In this document: positions 1-9,477 of the stretch, piece after piece
How positions within the stretch are numbered: position 1 is the first letter of the stretch
Layout of the letters: every line of letters starts with the position of its first letter
Source of the DNA: Escherichia phage vB_EcoM_Shinka
Reading direction: 5' to 3' (one strand)
Sequence record: MZ502379.1
Length of the DNA stretch: 64,000 bases
Notes under the pieces: model-generated
What the model was told of the DNA's origin: nothing
What the model saw: only the letters and a program-made list of their open reading frames with translations
Databases searched by the model: none
Program-made: the position numbers and the translations under genes

Positions 1-25
1 CAGTAGTATCTTTAGACAGTTTCAT
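1..25 (-). CDS. 45: Sliding clamp gp45, first 8 codons only; gene continues beyond the window start
   Basis: Reverse complement of 1-25 reads ATG AAA CTG TCT AAA GAT ACT ACT (MKLSKDTT), the recalled gp45 N-terminus; position downstream of rpbA fits T4 synteny. Confidence 0.45.
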
Positions 26-80
26 GTAATTTCCTTCAATTCAAATGAGATTTAATTTTATAACTAATTTAATAAAGCAA

Positions 81-470
81 TTAACGATTAAAATCAGCCG
101 CAATTGTTTCCGCAACAATTTGAGCAGCAACAATTAGACGTTCATCTGCATTACCGCAATAATCATCTTCAAGACGTTCACCACATGAAGTCATAATAAA
201 TTTAGCACCGGCGTTTAGGGATTCTGTAGTATGTTTGCGCATTAGTTCAATCCATTTATTACTTACTTCACGATCGATAGCTTCATAATACGCATGACGA
301 GCAGGTGCAGATTTAATTTTGTTCTGAATAACTTCCATTGCGTTATCAGAAAGAGACAAAACCCATGCTCGACGAATTTTATTTTGGTTTTGTGGATTTG
401 ATTCAGAACGCACGTGTTTTGGCTGAATATCTTTTACATCAACAGTATAATTCACAGTAATTTTAGTCAT
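81..470 (-). CDS. rpbA: RNA polymerase-binding protein RpbA (129 aa)
   Basis: 129-aa ORF between genes 45 and 45.2/46; size and position match T4 rpbA. Confidence 0.55.
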
Positions 471-479
471 AATACACCT

Positions 480-668
480 TTAGTCATAATAATCAGTAAC
501 AGTCCAAGCTTCATTTCTATTGGACATTATTTTTGTATATTCTGCTTTAAATGCATTCCTAAGCATAGATTCAGTAACTATATGCTCTTCATTAGAAAAA
601 TTATTTCTCAGAATATATCGTTTTATTTCAGGAATAGTTAATAGATGCTGTCCGGTTGAATATTCCAT
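480..668 (-). CDS. Small hypothetical protein (T4 45.2-like, 62 aa)
   Basis: 62-aa ORF immediately downstream of gene 46 on the same strand; size and position as T4 45.2. Confidence 0.45.
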   Translation of the reverse strand: MEYSTGQHLLTIPEIKRYILRNNFSNEEHIVTESMLRNAFKAEYTKIMSNRNEAWTVTDYYD

Positions 669-723
669 GTTTTTCCTCCATAGAGATTATACTCTAATAA
701 ATTAAAGCATAATCTCTTATAAA

Positions 724-2406
724 TTAAACCATTACAGTAAATCGACCAACTTTCTTCATTTGAAGATGCTGACCGTATGCTTGTGGGTCATGGTCTCTAT
801 GCGAAATAACAAAAACATTAGTATTTTTTAAACTATCTAAAATAGTTGAAATAGCTTTTACACCTTCAACGTCGGTCGCTGAATCAAAAACTTCATCAAG
901 AATTAGTGTGTTTATTTTAACACCTGAAACTTTTTCAGCAATATCACGCCAAGTAAATAAAAGAGCAATATCAATTCGTGCTTTTTCACCTTGACTGAAT
1001 GAAGCATAACTAAAATCTTCACGACCACGGGATTTAATTGTCTCATTAAATTCTTCATCTAATGTAAACACATAATCCGCTTCCATTATTTTAAGATAAT
1101 AGTTAATCTGCTTATTAAATAATGGAATGTACTTTTTAATAATAGCACCTTTAATACCAGAATCTTTGAGCATATCAGTCAAAATTCCTCGGTGGTATTT
1201 TTCCATTACTAAATTAGTTTTTGTCTTAACAATTTTATCAAGTTCTTCTTGAAGCAGTGCTATTTCATCAGCATGGTCAATAAACTCAGAAGATGCTTTT
1301 TCTATAGCCGCTTTAACTTTTTTAGCTTTATCTACCGTCGTGATTAGAGATTGCTTTTTATTGCGAATATCATTTGCCAACGACTGCTGGGTTTTAATAT
1401 TATCTCGGTATTCATCAACAAGAACTTTTAAATTATCACGATGTGTTGAAAGCTGTTCAAACGAATGCGTGCATTCAGAAACTTTATCTTTAATTTTAGA
1501 AACAACTTTATCACCGGAACTCAATTGTGACAAGCAGGTTGGACATAATCCACCTTCGTGATACATATTAATGACTTTATTATACGAGTCAATTTTTGAT
1601 TTAATTAAAACTGCTTCTTGACCGATTTTATTAAATGCATCAGTCGGGTCTTCGTCTAAAACAATATTAACTAATCTTTCATTAGCTTCTTCTATTTCCG
1701 ATTTTAGCGTTCTAGCTTCTTTTGCCAAATCATCATACATATTTTGCAGACGAGTAAGATTGTCACCCGTTAATTTTTTCTGGCGTTCAACGTTATCATT
1801 ATATATTTTAATTTGTTGGATAATACTATCTTTTTTAACATCAAGCACTTGGTTTTGTGAATTTAATTCACGTATTAGTGCTTTATTAAGCTTATCCATT
1901 TCAGCTAATGTTCCTACCTCAAGCAGGTCTTCCACAAGCTTTCTTCGTGCAGGGGTCGACAAACCCATGAAAGGGGTATACCCTGCTGTACCAAGGACAA
2001 CAATCTGCTTGAAACTGGCATATGACATTCCGATAAGCTGTTCAAATTCTGCTTGGAAATCTTTACTGCTGGCAGATTCATTAAGACGTGTACCGTTAAC
2101 GGTGATTTCGAAAACGTTTGGTTTTTGTCCTCTTTTGATATAGTACTTTTTCTCATCATATTCCATCCACAGTTCAACTAAAAGTTCTTTCTTATTTGTG
2201 CTGTTTATTAATTGACCTTTCTTTACATCACGAAATGGCTTGCCAAAAAGCCCAAATGTGATGGCTTCTAACATAGTAGACTTACCACCGCCATTTCGTC
2301 CAGTAATAAGAGTTTTTTGAACCTTATCTAGTTGAATGTCAATAGGATTTCCACCTACTGACATTATATTTTGATACCTAACTCGGTTTAGTTTAAAATT
2401 CTTCAC
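724..2406 (-). CDS. 46: Recombination endonuclease subunit gp46 (SbcC/Rad50-like ATPase, 560 aa)
   Basis: 560-aa ORF with N-terminal Walker A (GRNGGGKST), long central coiled coil, CPTC zinc hook and C-terminal ABC signature/Walker B (ILDEVFD). Confidence 0.9.
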   Translation of the reverse strand: MKNFKLNRVRYQNIMSVGGNPIDIQLDKVQKTLITGRNGGGKSTMLEAITFGLFGKPFRDVKKGQLINSTNKKELLVELWMEYDEKKYYIKRGQKPNVFEITVNGTRLNESASSKDFQAEFEQLIGMSYASFKQIVVLGTAGYTPFMGLSTPARRKLVEDLLEVGTLAEMDKLNKALIRELNSQNQVLDVKKDSIIQQIKIYNDNVERQKKLTGDNLTRLQNMYDDLAKEARTLKSEIEEANERLVNIVLDEDPTDAFNKIGQEAVLIKSKIDSYNKVINMYHEGGLCPTCLSQLSSGDKVVSKIKDKVSECTHSFEQLSTHRDNLKVLVDEYRDNIKTQQSLANDIRNKKQSLITTVDKAKKVKAAIEKASSEFIDHADEIALLQEELDKIVKTKTNLVMEKYHRGILTDMLKDSGIKGAIIKKYIPLFNKQINYYLKIMEADYVFTLDEEFNETIKSRGREDFSYASFSQGEKARIDIALLFTWRDIAEKVSGVKINTLILDEVFDSATDVEGVKAISTILDSLKNTNVFVISHRDHDPQAYGQHLQMKKVGRFTVMV

Positions 2407-2666
2407 AAAAGATTCCTTTTAATGTATCTTTTAGACCATTCTATCATATCATCATAATCTAAAAAGTATTCATCAAATTCAGCCATGCAAACAACGCCTT
2501 GTGCTGCTTTTGATGTGATATAAATTATTCCAACATATCTAGAATCTTCTTCGGTGTAATCAATATTTGCTATGAATTCATCATTAATGTCAAATGTCGA
2601 AAACTTCACAGTATGCATCCTTAATACAAGATACAGCCATATCTTGTAATGATTTAGGTGTGTCAT
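2403..2666 (-). CDS. Hypothetical small protein between genes 47 and 46; start uncertain (internal Met at 2618 possible)
   Basis: 87-aa ORF whose stop overlaps the gene 46 start; overlaps the neighbouring ORF 2590-2853 unless the start is internal. Confidence 0.4.
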   Translation of the reverse strand: MTHLNHYKIWLYLVLRMHTVKFSTFDINDEFIANIDYTEEDSRYVGIIYITSKAAQGVVCMAEFDEYFLDYDDMIEWSKRYIKRNLL

Positions 2667-2853
2667 TATCTAAAATGTTGAAGTTAAAAGATACAGCCCA
2701 ATCTGTACAGACCGTAACCTTTTTAATACAATTATCTTCAACCTCTAACGGTTCAAACCAATATTCAATAATTTCTTTATGACCAATATCATCTTTTACT
2801 TCGCATTCAAAATGCTTACTCATCATAACATTTTTAAATTCATCAAAAGTCAT
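2590..2853 (-). CDS. Hypothetical small protein between genes 47 and 46
   Basis: 87-aa ORF, start overlaps the gene 47 stop (coupled arrangement). Confidence 0.45.
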   Translation of the reverse strand: MTFDEFKNVMMSKHFECEVKDDIGHKEIIEYWFEPLEVEDNCIKKVTVCTDWAVSFNFNILDNDTPKSLQDMAVSCIKDAYCEVFDI

Positions 2854-3869
2854 TGTGTTGCCTCTACATATAGCTGGTTTGCATATTGAATAAGTGCTTC
2901 GCGATCAGAATCAGTGATGTCTGGAATTGCATTAATGTATTCTTCCATCAACGTCTGAAGAGATTGAACTTCAACTTCTTCACTTTCATCTGACTCGACA
3001 GAGTTATCAATTTTTGACACAACTCGTAATGAATGCACAACTTTTTCTAGTTCAGATTCGAACTTCGTCAGATTTTTGTCTACTTCAGTTACTATAACAC
3101 GTACTGATAGATTTGTAAAATCTTTATAGTCAATTTTTCCTTTAAATGGATAATGAATTCTACGATGCCAGGTAGTATTGTTTGGAATAAATTCCATTCG
3201 TTCTGTTTCTGTATCAAACATCCAGAACCCGCGAGGGTCATTCTCGTCACCTGCAGTTAGTGTCCATGGTGTCCCAATATATCTGACGTTAGCAGCCTCA
3301 GAGATAGTATGGAAGTGACCAGACCACACCTCTTTATAAGTCTTAAGGAAATCAGGTTCAAGACCATGAGATTTCATTCCTTTATAAAAATAAAATCCAT
3401 TCAGTTCCCAGTGACCAACGCAAAAAGAAGCAGATGAAGTTTTGATGTGTTCAAGAATTTCACCAGTATTTTCTTCACACATCCAAGGAATTAAATCAAT
3501 TAAACATCCGTCAAAATCTACCGTAGTAGGCTTATCATATACTTTAACATTAGGATATTTAGCCAAAAGCTCAGTAGAGGCATTTGGAGTTAAAGTATTT
3601 TTAAAGTGCATATCATGATTTCCTACAACAGTATGTAGGGTAATACCAGCATCATCAAGCATTTGAACTATTTCACGAGCGAACTCCATAGTTTTATGCG
3701 TGATTGCTTTTCGCACATCAAAAATATCGCCGTATTGAATCCAGGTAGTAATTCCATTTTTCTTAGAATATTCTATTGCTTGTTTAATTCCATCCAACTG
3801 AATGGATTGAACCCACTCATCATCGGCTTTAACGCCTAAATGCCAATCACCTAAATTTAAAATTTTCAT
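2850..3869 (-). CDS. 47: Recombination endonuclease subunit gp47 (SbcD/Mre11-like phosphoesterase, 339 aa)
   Basis: 339-aa ORF with calcineurin-like phosphoesterase motifs (DWHLG, GDIFD, GNHD, GHWE/GHFH). Confidence 0.9.
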   Translation of the reverse strand: MKILNLGDWHLGVKADDEWVQSIQLDGIKQAIEYSKKNGITTWIQYGDIFDVRKAITHKTMEFAREIVQMLDDAGITLHTVVGNHDMHFKNTLTPNASTELLAKYPNVKVYDKPTTVDFDGCLIDLIPWMCEENTGEILEHIKTSSASFCVGHWELNGFYFYKGMKSHGLEPDFLKTYKEVWSGHFHTISEAANVRYIGTPWTLTAGDENDPRGFWMFDTETERMEFIPNNTTWHRRIHYPFKGKIDYKDFTNLSVRVIVTEVDKNLTKFESELEKVVHSLRVVSKIDNSVESDESEEVEVQSLQTLMEEYINAIPDITDSDREALIQYANQLYVEATQ

Positions 3870-4030
3870 ATATCAAGAACCGTCATTGAAATGCAAAATA
3901 AAATTATTGAAATAAACCCATCTGGCGTGCTAAAGAACCCAATCCAACATGCTCTAGTGAATAGATAAAATGCAAGAAAAAGTATCACATATCCAAGAAA
4001 TATCATTATATCAAACTCCGTATAAAGCTA

Positions 4031-4050
4031 AAGGGCCGAAGCCCTTTATT
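4031..4050 (-). terminator. GC-rich hairpin with CGAA/UUCG loop at the 3' end of a-gt
   Basis: aaagggc-cgaa-gcccttt perfect inverted repeat overlapping the a-gt stop; flanking U-run is weak. Confidence 0.35.
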
Positions 4051-5248
4051 TTGTAATAATGTCAAACTGTTCTTTAAAGCAGAAGCTTGAATCTTGATGC
4101 TGATACAAAAATTCATAAGCTTTTTCGCGTTCGCGGTCATAAAGAGCTCGGTCAGATGACAGTTCTTTAATACGTTCGAATGTTGATTCCATGTCATTTT
4201 CATCAAACCAAATGATACCGCTATCATGCGAGGTCAAAGGAGTACTATCAACACGGAATTTTAAATTTTCGCCAGTAGATTTCCAAAATACCGGAATTGT
4301 TCCACATGCACCAAGCTCGAGATGAGTATATTCTAAAGAGCGCTGTAGATATTTTTTATCCAACTTACTCAGCTGATAACCAAAACCGGATTTACTCATG
4401 CGTTCAAGCATTTCGCTATTTACATAACGGTCAAGAATTTGCGTTGGCAAATTAGGAGCAATTTTAATTTGGTCTACTTGATGAAGACGATAATACTCGT
4501 ATGGAATTCCTTTTTCTTTAATAGGAATGAACGCTGGAGAACGTTCCAGACCTTCCATAATAGTACTTAGTCCTGCAGGTTTAAGATGCTTTTCATGAAA
4601 ATCAAACATCTGATAAAAACCTTTCCATGTAGTCGTACGACCAATCCAACGGTTGATATTCATGTTAATTTCAGAAACATCTTTCCAGTAGGTTGACCGA
4701 ACCTTCGCAATATCCATAGGAGGCTGAAAGTTATATACAGTCGGCGCTTCTTCAATATCATCAAACAGAGAAACTGTTTCTGGATACCATTCTTTCATCA
4801 GAACTTTATTAAAATCACCATTATCAGAATGGCTAAAAATAACATCAGCTCGACGAACAGTTTCTTCTAATCCCAAATTTCGACGCAAAGAAAGAGAAGA
4901 ATGGTCATGTTGATAAACTACAACACGAACAGAAGGTTTAATGTTATCAATAATTTTTTTATAGTTATTAATAGTGTCTTCTTCAACCGAAGTAGCAGGA
5001 ACTGAATTAATAATTAGAATATCACAATCATTTACCAGCTTAAGTGTTTTATCATATTCTTTTGCCAATAAAACCGGAATTGAAAATGATTTATAATCAT
5101 GCGCGCAATTACGAGTAAATGATTTATCTTTAGCATAAACCAAAGTTACTTCATGACCATTTTTAATAAACCAATCACGTTGCTCGAGTGAGAATTTTGT
5201 TACACCACAACCTTCAAGACCTCGAGCCATAAAAATACATACTTTCAT
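4046..5248 (-). CDS. a-gt: DNA alpha-glucosyltransferase (400 aa)
   Basis: 400-aa ORF; N-terminus MKVCIFMARGLEGCGVTKFSLEQRDWFIKNGHEV matches recalled T4 AGT; position between 47 and 55. Confidence 0.85.
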   Translation of the reverse strand: MKVCIFMARGLEGCGVTKFSLEQRDWFIKNGHEVTLVYAKDKSFTRNCAHDYKSFSIPVLLAKEYDKTLKLVNDCDILIINSVPATSVEEDTINNYKKIIDNIKPSVRVVVYQHDHSSLSLRRNLGLEETVRRADVIFSHSDNGDFNKVLMKEWYPETVSLFDDIEEAPTVYNFQPPMDIAKVRSTYWKDVSEINMNINRWIGRTTTWKGFYQMFDFHEKHLKPAGLSTIMEGLERSPAFIPIKEKGIPYEYYRLHQVDQIKIAPNLPTQILDRYVNSEMLERMSKSGFGYQLSKLDKKYLQRSLEYTHLELGACGTIPVFWKSTGENLKFRVDSTPLTSHDSGIIWFDENDMESTFERIKELSSDRALYDREREKAYEFLYQHQDSSFCFKEQFDIITK

Positions 5249-5292
5249 TTAATATCCTCTTTGTTTTGGTTTATTTTACCAAAAATTTATAA

Positions 5293-5312
5293 AGCAATAT
5301 AGGAGCCGAAGC
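5293..5312 (-). terminator. Rho-independent terminator candidate (UUCG-loop hairpin)
   Basis: taggagc-cgaa-gctccta hairpin; on the minus strand it is followed by a T-rich run; lies between ORF 5315-5506 and a-gt. Confidence 0.45.
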
Positions 5313-5314
5313 TC

Positions 5315-5506
5315 CTATCCACATAATACGCCATACAGAGGCTCGTTAGAACTTTTAAATTTTATGCGCTTATATTTTATAGTTCCTTCTGCTTTAGCTT
5401 TATCATGAGACTCTTTAAAGCGTCTCATCATTTCCTCTTGAGAGGAACGAATTTTATTATAATCTATTTCAGAAGTCTGGTGTTCATCTTTCATAACTGC
5501 CACCAT
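5315..5506 (-). CDS. Hypothetical small protein (63 aa)
   Basis: ORF in the a-gt to 55 early block, same strand as neighbours. Confidence 0.4.
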   Translation of the reverse strand: MVAVMKDEHQTSEIDYNKIRSSQEEMMRRFKESHDKAKAEGTIKYKRIKFKSSNEPLYGVLCG

Positions 5507-5697
5507 TTTTTGACTTGATAAGAATCAACCCACACTTTCATATTGGGGTCTGCTCTTACAATAGGAGGATTAACTTCTTTAATTGAACTATCATGGTATT
5601 CTTTTTCAGAAATTTTCACACAAAGATGACCATTCAAAGATTCAGTAAATCCTGCATTATTTTTAAGACGCTTGAATTTTACGTGTGTAAGCATCAA
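5491..5697 (-). CDS. Hypothetical small protein (68 aa)
   Basis: ORF in the a-gt to 55 block; overlaps neighbours by a few codons. Confidence 0.35.
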   Translation of the reverse strand: MMLTHVKFKRLKNNAGFTESLNGHLCVKISEKEYHDSSIKEVNPPIVRADPNMKVWVDSYQVKKWWQL

Positions 5698-5980
5698 TCA
5701 TATCCTCAATCTGTGATCTAGTAGTCTTCCAAAGAATACTGATGAGTTCATCGTTATATGGCTGTTTTAGAATATCCCGACTTTTCTTGATAGCATATTC
5801 GTATTGAGCAAAATTATTATTTTCAGCTGCGATCTGAGCGTGCTTATAAAGACGATTCAGTTCGCGTTTGTTTTTAGACAATAACTTATTTGCTTTTCTT
5901 TCTGCTTCAAGACGGTTCTTTTCTTCAATAGAAGAAATAAGCTTTTCCACTTCATCATTAATTTCGGGTTTATCAGTCAT
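5663..5980 (-). CDS. Hypothetical protein (105 aa, charged/helical)
   Basis: ORF tightly packed with neighbours in the a-gt to 55 block. Confidence 0.45.
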   Translation of the reverse strand: MTDKPEINDEVEKLISSIEEKNRLEAERKANKLLSKNKRELNRLYKHAQIAAENNNFAQYEYAIKKSRDILKQPYNDELISILWKTTRSQIEDMIDAYTRKIQAS

Positions 5981-5981
5981 A

Positions 5982-6200
5982 TTATTTCTCTAATATAAAA
6001 TAAAAATCATCATCTGTTAAATGATACCTGTAATTTAATTCTACACCATTAGATTTAAAAGCGGTATCATACGGATTTTCTGGATCAATATCAATGTCAA
6101 GAGCTAAAACTTCCCTGAGATACATTTTAAGTAAATAGGGAATAGCTTCAACTTCAGGTATTTCTTCCAAGAATCCGGAGAGGTTAATCGTTAGCCTCAT
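5982..6200 (-). CDS. Hypothetical small protein (72 aa)
   Basis: ORF immediately downstream of gene 55, same strand. Confidence 0.45.
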
Positions 6201-6741
6201 ATAAAAAATCCAAACTAGGAGAATCGTCTACAACACTTTTCTTTTCAGCCCCCGGTGTTCTATAGGTTGATTCTTCGTAATGCGTCATTTTATCGTAGAT
6301 GTCTTGAATAAAAGTTTCATCTACTAACGCAACCATATCGTCGTCACGGCTGTCATAGACATTGTGAACGAAGTAACTGTATTTCTTTGCAACTTCCTTA
6401 CGTTCTTTTTTAATACGTTGGACGAATGCATTAAAACAAGCTTGAGTTATATATGCATGCGGGTTTTTATATTTCGTTTCATCAAAATTGTGAAGCCCCT
6501 TAATAGAAGCTTCTATACCATCTGCAATCATTTCTTGTTTCCAAGACTGGGTGTATCCTGAAAAGTTGAAACGTTTAGATAAGCCTTCTGCAATAAGCAT
6601 AATGGCTAATCCGATAGTATCATTCTGACGAACTACTTTATTTGGGTCTTTATTATTTGCTAATTCTGTTTTCCAATCAATAATAGCTTGTAAAAGCTCT
6701 TTATTGTTTACGTAATTATATTTAGGCTTAGTTTCTGACAT
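6184..6741 (-). CDS. 55: Late-transcription sigma factor gp55 (185 aa)
   Basis: Sequence from the second Met ([23 protein letters not shown]...) matches recalled T4 gp55 over its full 185 aa; the ORF track adds two codons upstream. Confidence 0.9.
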
Positions 6742-6819
6742 TTTCACCTCTTAGCTCAATTCATAGATCTATTATATCATAATATTTGAAGATCTATCTT
6801 AAAGCATAGAGGATATCAG

Positions 6820-7089
6820 TTATCTAAGTAAACAGTATGCTTGGAACACTTTTTCCATCATCTTTTTAAATTCATGAATATCTATGTAATGACTAGTTAA
6901 ATCAGCATGATATAAAAAGTCTAAAAACTTTTCATGTGTACTAACATATTCACTTTCATTTAATTCAGAAACATGGCTTTCCCAATATCCAACACCAGTC
7001 TTATTTGGGAAAAATGAAATTTTCATGTATTTGTCAACATAGAAAATGCCATAATTTTCAATAGTAATAGAAATATTAATAAATTTCAT
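6820..7089 (-). CDS. Hypothetical protein (89 aa)
   Basis: ORF in the 55 to nrdH early block; coupled stop/start with the next ORF. Confidence 0.45.
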   Translation of the reverse strand: MKFINISITIENYGIFYVDKYMKISFFPNKTGVGYWESHVSELNESEYVSTHEKFLDFLYHADLTSHYIDIHEFKKMMEKVFQAYCLLR

Positions 7090-7301
7090 ACATTCATCAA
7101 CTTAGCCGCTTCAAGAGCTGCATCTAGTGAATCAAATTGATCAACATATTCAATCAATTCGCCATAATTAGCATATAACCACCATTGGCTAAATTCATAC
7201 TCAAGGATGAATCCGTTTCCTTCAATTTGAGTTAAACCAATGCCATTTGTATTTACTTCATACCCAGCAAGACGTAAATCGTTAATAAGAGCTTCGTTCA
7301 T
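7086..7301 (-). CDS. Hypothetical small acidic protein (71 aa)
   Basis: ORF with ATGA-type overlap with downstream ORF. Confidence 0.45.
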   Translation of the reverse strand: MNEALINDLRLAGYEVNTNGIGLTQIEGNGFILEYEFSQWWLYANYGELIEYVDQFDSLDAALEAAKLMNV

Positions 7302-7303
7302 AA

Positions 7304-7630
7304 TTATACCTTAGTAATTTTCAGGTCTGCAAATTTTTTCTTGCGTTGATTTTTCATGCGACGAATAGTTTTATCGGAAATTTCATGCTTTTGATAAGCT
7401 TTAGATTCTACACCAAAAGCTTTAACATCAAATTCTGACAAGATATATTGAACCAACAATTCACGGACAGTATTGCGTCCAATCTTCTGATCATTCTGTT
7501 TCATCGTCTGATGAAGCTCTTTTTCCCATTTATCCAAAATTTGAGGAGTTACAATATCGCCTTTTTCTAGCAAAGAAACTACTTTATCATATGCGTAAGA
7601 ATTAATGACGTTTTTAATTTGAATAGTCAT
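7304..7630 (-). CDS. Hypothetical protein (108 aa, basic C-terminus)
   Basis: ORF in the early block; follows a terminator-like hairpin. Confidence 0.5.
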   Translation of the reverse strand: MTIQIKNVINSYAYDKVVSLLEKGDIVTPQILDKWEKELHQTMKQNDQKIGRNTVRELLVQYILSEFDVKAFGVESKAYQKHEISDKTIRRMKNQRKKKFADLKITKV

Positions 7631-7666
7631 ACATTATCCTCAATTACGTTAAAATTTTATTATCCA

Positions 7667-7686
7667 AAAAGGGCCGAAGCCCTTAG
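7667..7686 (-). terminator. Rho-independent terminator candidate (UUCG-loop hairpin)
   Basis: aagggc-cgaa-gccctt hairpin; on the minus strand followed by TTTTTGG. Confidence 0.45.
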
Positions 7687-7883
7687 CTAAACTTTTTGGC
7701 ACCCTTCCAGCCTTCGTACATCATTGCGACTGACAATGACAAAGCTCCTTCACATGCTGCATACTTATTATTCCAGAACCAATTTAGAAAAACTTCATCC
7801 TCAATACCATTGTGTTTCATGTTCTGGAAAAATTTGGCGCGTTCTTCAGCAATTCGCTGTGATAATTTAGATTCAGGATTCAT
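7683..7883 (-). CDS. Hypothetical small protein (66 aa)
   Basis: ORF in the early block. Confidence 0.45.
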   Translation of the reverse strand: MNPESKLSQRIAEERAKFFQNMKHNGIEDEVFLNWFWNNKYAACEGALSLSVAMMYEGWKGAKKFS

Positions 7884-8102
7884 TTAAATTTCCCACCAAT
7901 TGCCATTTTCATCAATAAATTTAATCCAGTCATTTACTGACCACTTGGTCGTATCGCCTTTTGGAGTAACATTTAAAGTATATAGTCCTTGCTTAAAAAG
8001 CATTCGTTTGATATTCATATTTTCCTCAGCTGTAACGATAACACTCGTTTGATTTACGTTTAGCAACTCGTTGAGAAGTATTATAATCAAAATCATCGTC
8101 AA
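7884..8102 (-). CDS. Hypothetical small protein; start uncertain (internal Met at 8018 would avoid overlap)
   Basis: ORF overlaps the upstream ORF 8026-8319 in a different frame unless the start is internal. Confidence 0.35.
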   Translation of the reverse strand: MTMILIIILLNELLNVNQTSVIVTAEENMNIKRMLFKQGLYTLNVTPKGDTTKWSVNDWIKFIDENGNWWEI

Positions 8103-8319
8103 TGTAAACTGATTTTTTCAACTTTCTTACTTCACCACGTAATTGGCGATTTAGCTCATCTTTAACTTCTGAATCAATGCCTTTCATTCTACGCCATTTA
8201 TCTGAGCGAAAAATGTTTTCAACCATATCTTTATGACTTACACCATCAGGAGCTTTACGCTTTCCGAAATAGTCATAATCACGTACTTTTAAATCTTTAC
8301 GACGATACGTTTTACCCAT
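8026..8319 (-). CDS. Hypothetical basic protein (about 97 aa from internal Met)
   Basis: Lys/Arg-rich ORF; start moved to Met14 so that it only overlaps the upstream stop. Confidence 0.45.
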   Translation of the reverse strand: MGKTYRRKDLKVRDYDYFGKRKAPDGVSHKDMVENIFRSDKWRRMKGIDSEVKDELNRQLRGEVRKLKKSVYIDDDFDYNTSQRVAKRKSNECYRYS

Positions 8320-8494
8320 GGAGTTTAATTTCCTTAGCAACTGAACTAAATGCAGCACGATCGCAAATCATGCGTTTATGTAACTTGAGTATAATATAGC
8401 AAACTTCAAAACTATTTACATGAGTAACACGAACAGCATTACCATTAATGAGATAATACTGTCCCTTTTTAATTTCTTTATCAACCATAACCAT
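8312..8494 (-). CDS. Hypothetical small protein (60 aa)
   Basis: First ORF downstream of an early promoter; GAGGA RBS upstream of the start. Confidence 0.45.
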   Translation of the reverse strand: MVMVDKEIKKGQYYLINGNAVRVTHVNSFEVCYIILKLHKRMICDRAAFSSVAKEIKLHG

Positions 8495-8524
8495 ATCAAT
8501 TCCTCAAAGGTAATTCATATGTTA

Positions 8525-8554
8525 ATAATACCACGGTTTGAACTTGTTGTAAAC
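8525..8554 (-). promoter_or_regulatory. T4-type early (sigma70-like) promoter
   Basis: Minus strand reads GTTTACA, 17-nt spacer, TATTAT; lies downstream of the terminator at 8630-8648. Confidence 0.55.
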
Positions 8555-8629
8555 AACTTTGTGAAAAATATTTCAGGGAATGATAAGAAAGGAACGATAG
8601 CTTAGAATGGTAATATACAGAATGTAAGA

Positions 8630-8648
8630 AAGAAAGGCCCAGAGGGCC
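8630..8648 (-). terminator. Rho-independent terminator candidate
   Basis: ggccc-aga-gggcc hairpin just after the nrdH-like stop; minus strand follows with TTTCTTTCTT. Confidence 0.45.
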
Positions 8649-8652
8649 CATC

Positions 8653-8976
8653 TTAGTCTTCTATGATATCTCTATCATATCCAAGTGAAATGAGAGTTTC
8701 TTTGAAGTGTTTAATGTTCTTTTGTCTGGAATCATTAATGAAAATGACTGGATAACGAATGTTAAGAGATGTGAATCCAGCGCGTTTAGCAAGAGATACA
8801 ATCAGTTGACGATCATACTCAATATTACCATTATTAGTAAGAACTTTATAAAAAGTAAAAGGAGCATTGAGCTCCTTTAGAAGTTTTGTAACTGATTGAC
8901 ATCCAGGACAACGACCTACTTCATCTGGAATTCCATAGACTTCAATCTTATTCTTTAAGTTCGAGTTTTGTTCCAC
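8653..8976 (-). CDS. Glutaredoxin/NrdH-like redoxin; start uncertain (probably non-ATG)
   Basis: C-terminal ~100 residues show beta-strand IEVYG followed by CPGC redox motif and a thioredoxin-fold pattern; the hydrophobic N-terminal extension in the ORF track overlaps the upstream gene, so a GTG near 8976 is the likely start. Confidence 0.5.
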   Translation of the reverse strand: MEQNSNLKNKIEVYGIPDEVGRCPGCQSVTKLLKELNAPFTFYKVLTNNGNIEYDRQLIVSLAKRAGFTSLNIRYPVIFINDSRQKNIKHFKETLISLGYDRDIIED

Positions 8977-9259
8977 GAGAAATAATTCCTTGGTAAGCCC
9001 AATAAGGAGGATTAACAGAATCCTCACCAGAGTTTTCTTCAGGAAAATAAACCTGGATAACGAAGCCGGATTCATCAAAGGTAAAATAAACCGTAGGCAG
9101 TTCACCTAACAAATCGGCACGAGCGTTGATTTCTTCGAGGTCTTGTTCACGTCCAGCCCAGAAGCTTGGGTTCAGACTACATTCATAGAAATAATAGTCA
9201 TTACCGAACATATCAAAACCATTCCAACTCTCTACTACATACCGCTCAAAACTAATCAT
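8948..9259 (-). CDS. Hypothetical protein (103 aa, acidic)
   Basis: ORF between nrdG and the nrdH-like gene. Confidence 0.5.
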   Translation of the reverse strand: MISFERYVVESWNGFDMFGNDYYFYECSLNPSFWAGREQDLEEINARADLLGELPTVYFTFDESGFVIQVYFPEENSGEDSVNPPYWAYQGIISRGTKLELKE

Positions 9260-9261
9260 AA

Positions 9262-9477
9262 TTAAGCCTTTTTATCAAGAACCGCATTCAGCTTGTTAGT
9301 AATTTTATCCAGACGCTCATTGAACTCACTAGAAGATAAGCCCTTTTCTGGAGAAATTAAACTAATCACGAAAAATACAACAATAAAAGGAATAAGAAAA
9401 ATAGCTCCAACTGCCATAAACAGAAAGAACGTTACAGTTGTAAGAAAATCAGCTAAACCTTTACGAAATTTATACAT
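9262..9477 (-). CDS. Small membrane protein (71 aa, one TM helix)
   Basis: Hydrophobic stretch FLTTVTFFLFMAVGAIFLIPFIVVFFVISLI. Confidence 0.5.
   Translation of the reverse strand: MYKFRKGLADFLTTVTFFLFMAVGAIFLIPFIVVFFVISLISPEKGLSSSEFNERLDKITNKLNAVLDKKA

Noticed and set aside
1340-2177. Plus-strand and alternative-frame ORFs inside gene 46 (1340-1561, 1760-2143, 1914-2177)
   Set aside because: Fully embedded in a well-supported 560-codon gene on the opposite strand or in another frame, with low-complexity translations and no RBS.
4006-4227. ORF 4006-4227 on the minus strand
   Set aside because: Overlaps the 3' end of a-gt in a different frame and spans the terminator hairpin.
6748-6820. Repeated agatctat motifs and A/T-rich sequence upstream of gene 55 as a possible repeat element
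   Set aside because: Only two short copies within an ordinary promoter-like intergenic region; more likely regulatory sequence for gene 55 than a repeat family.
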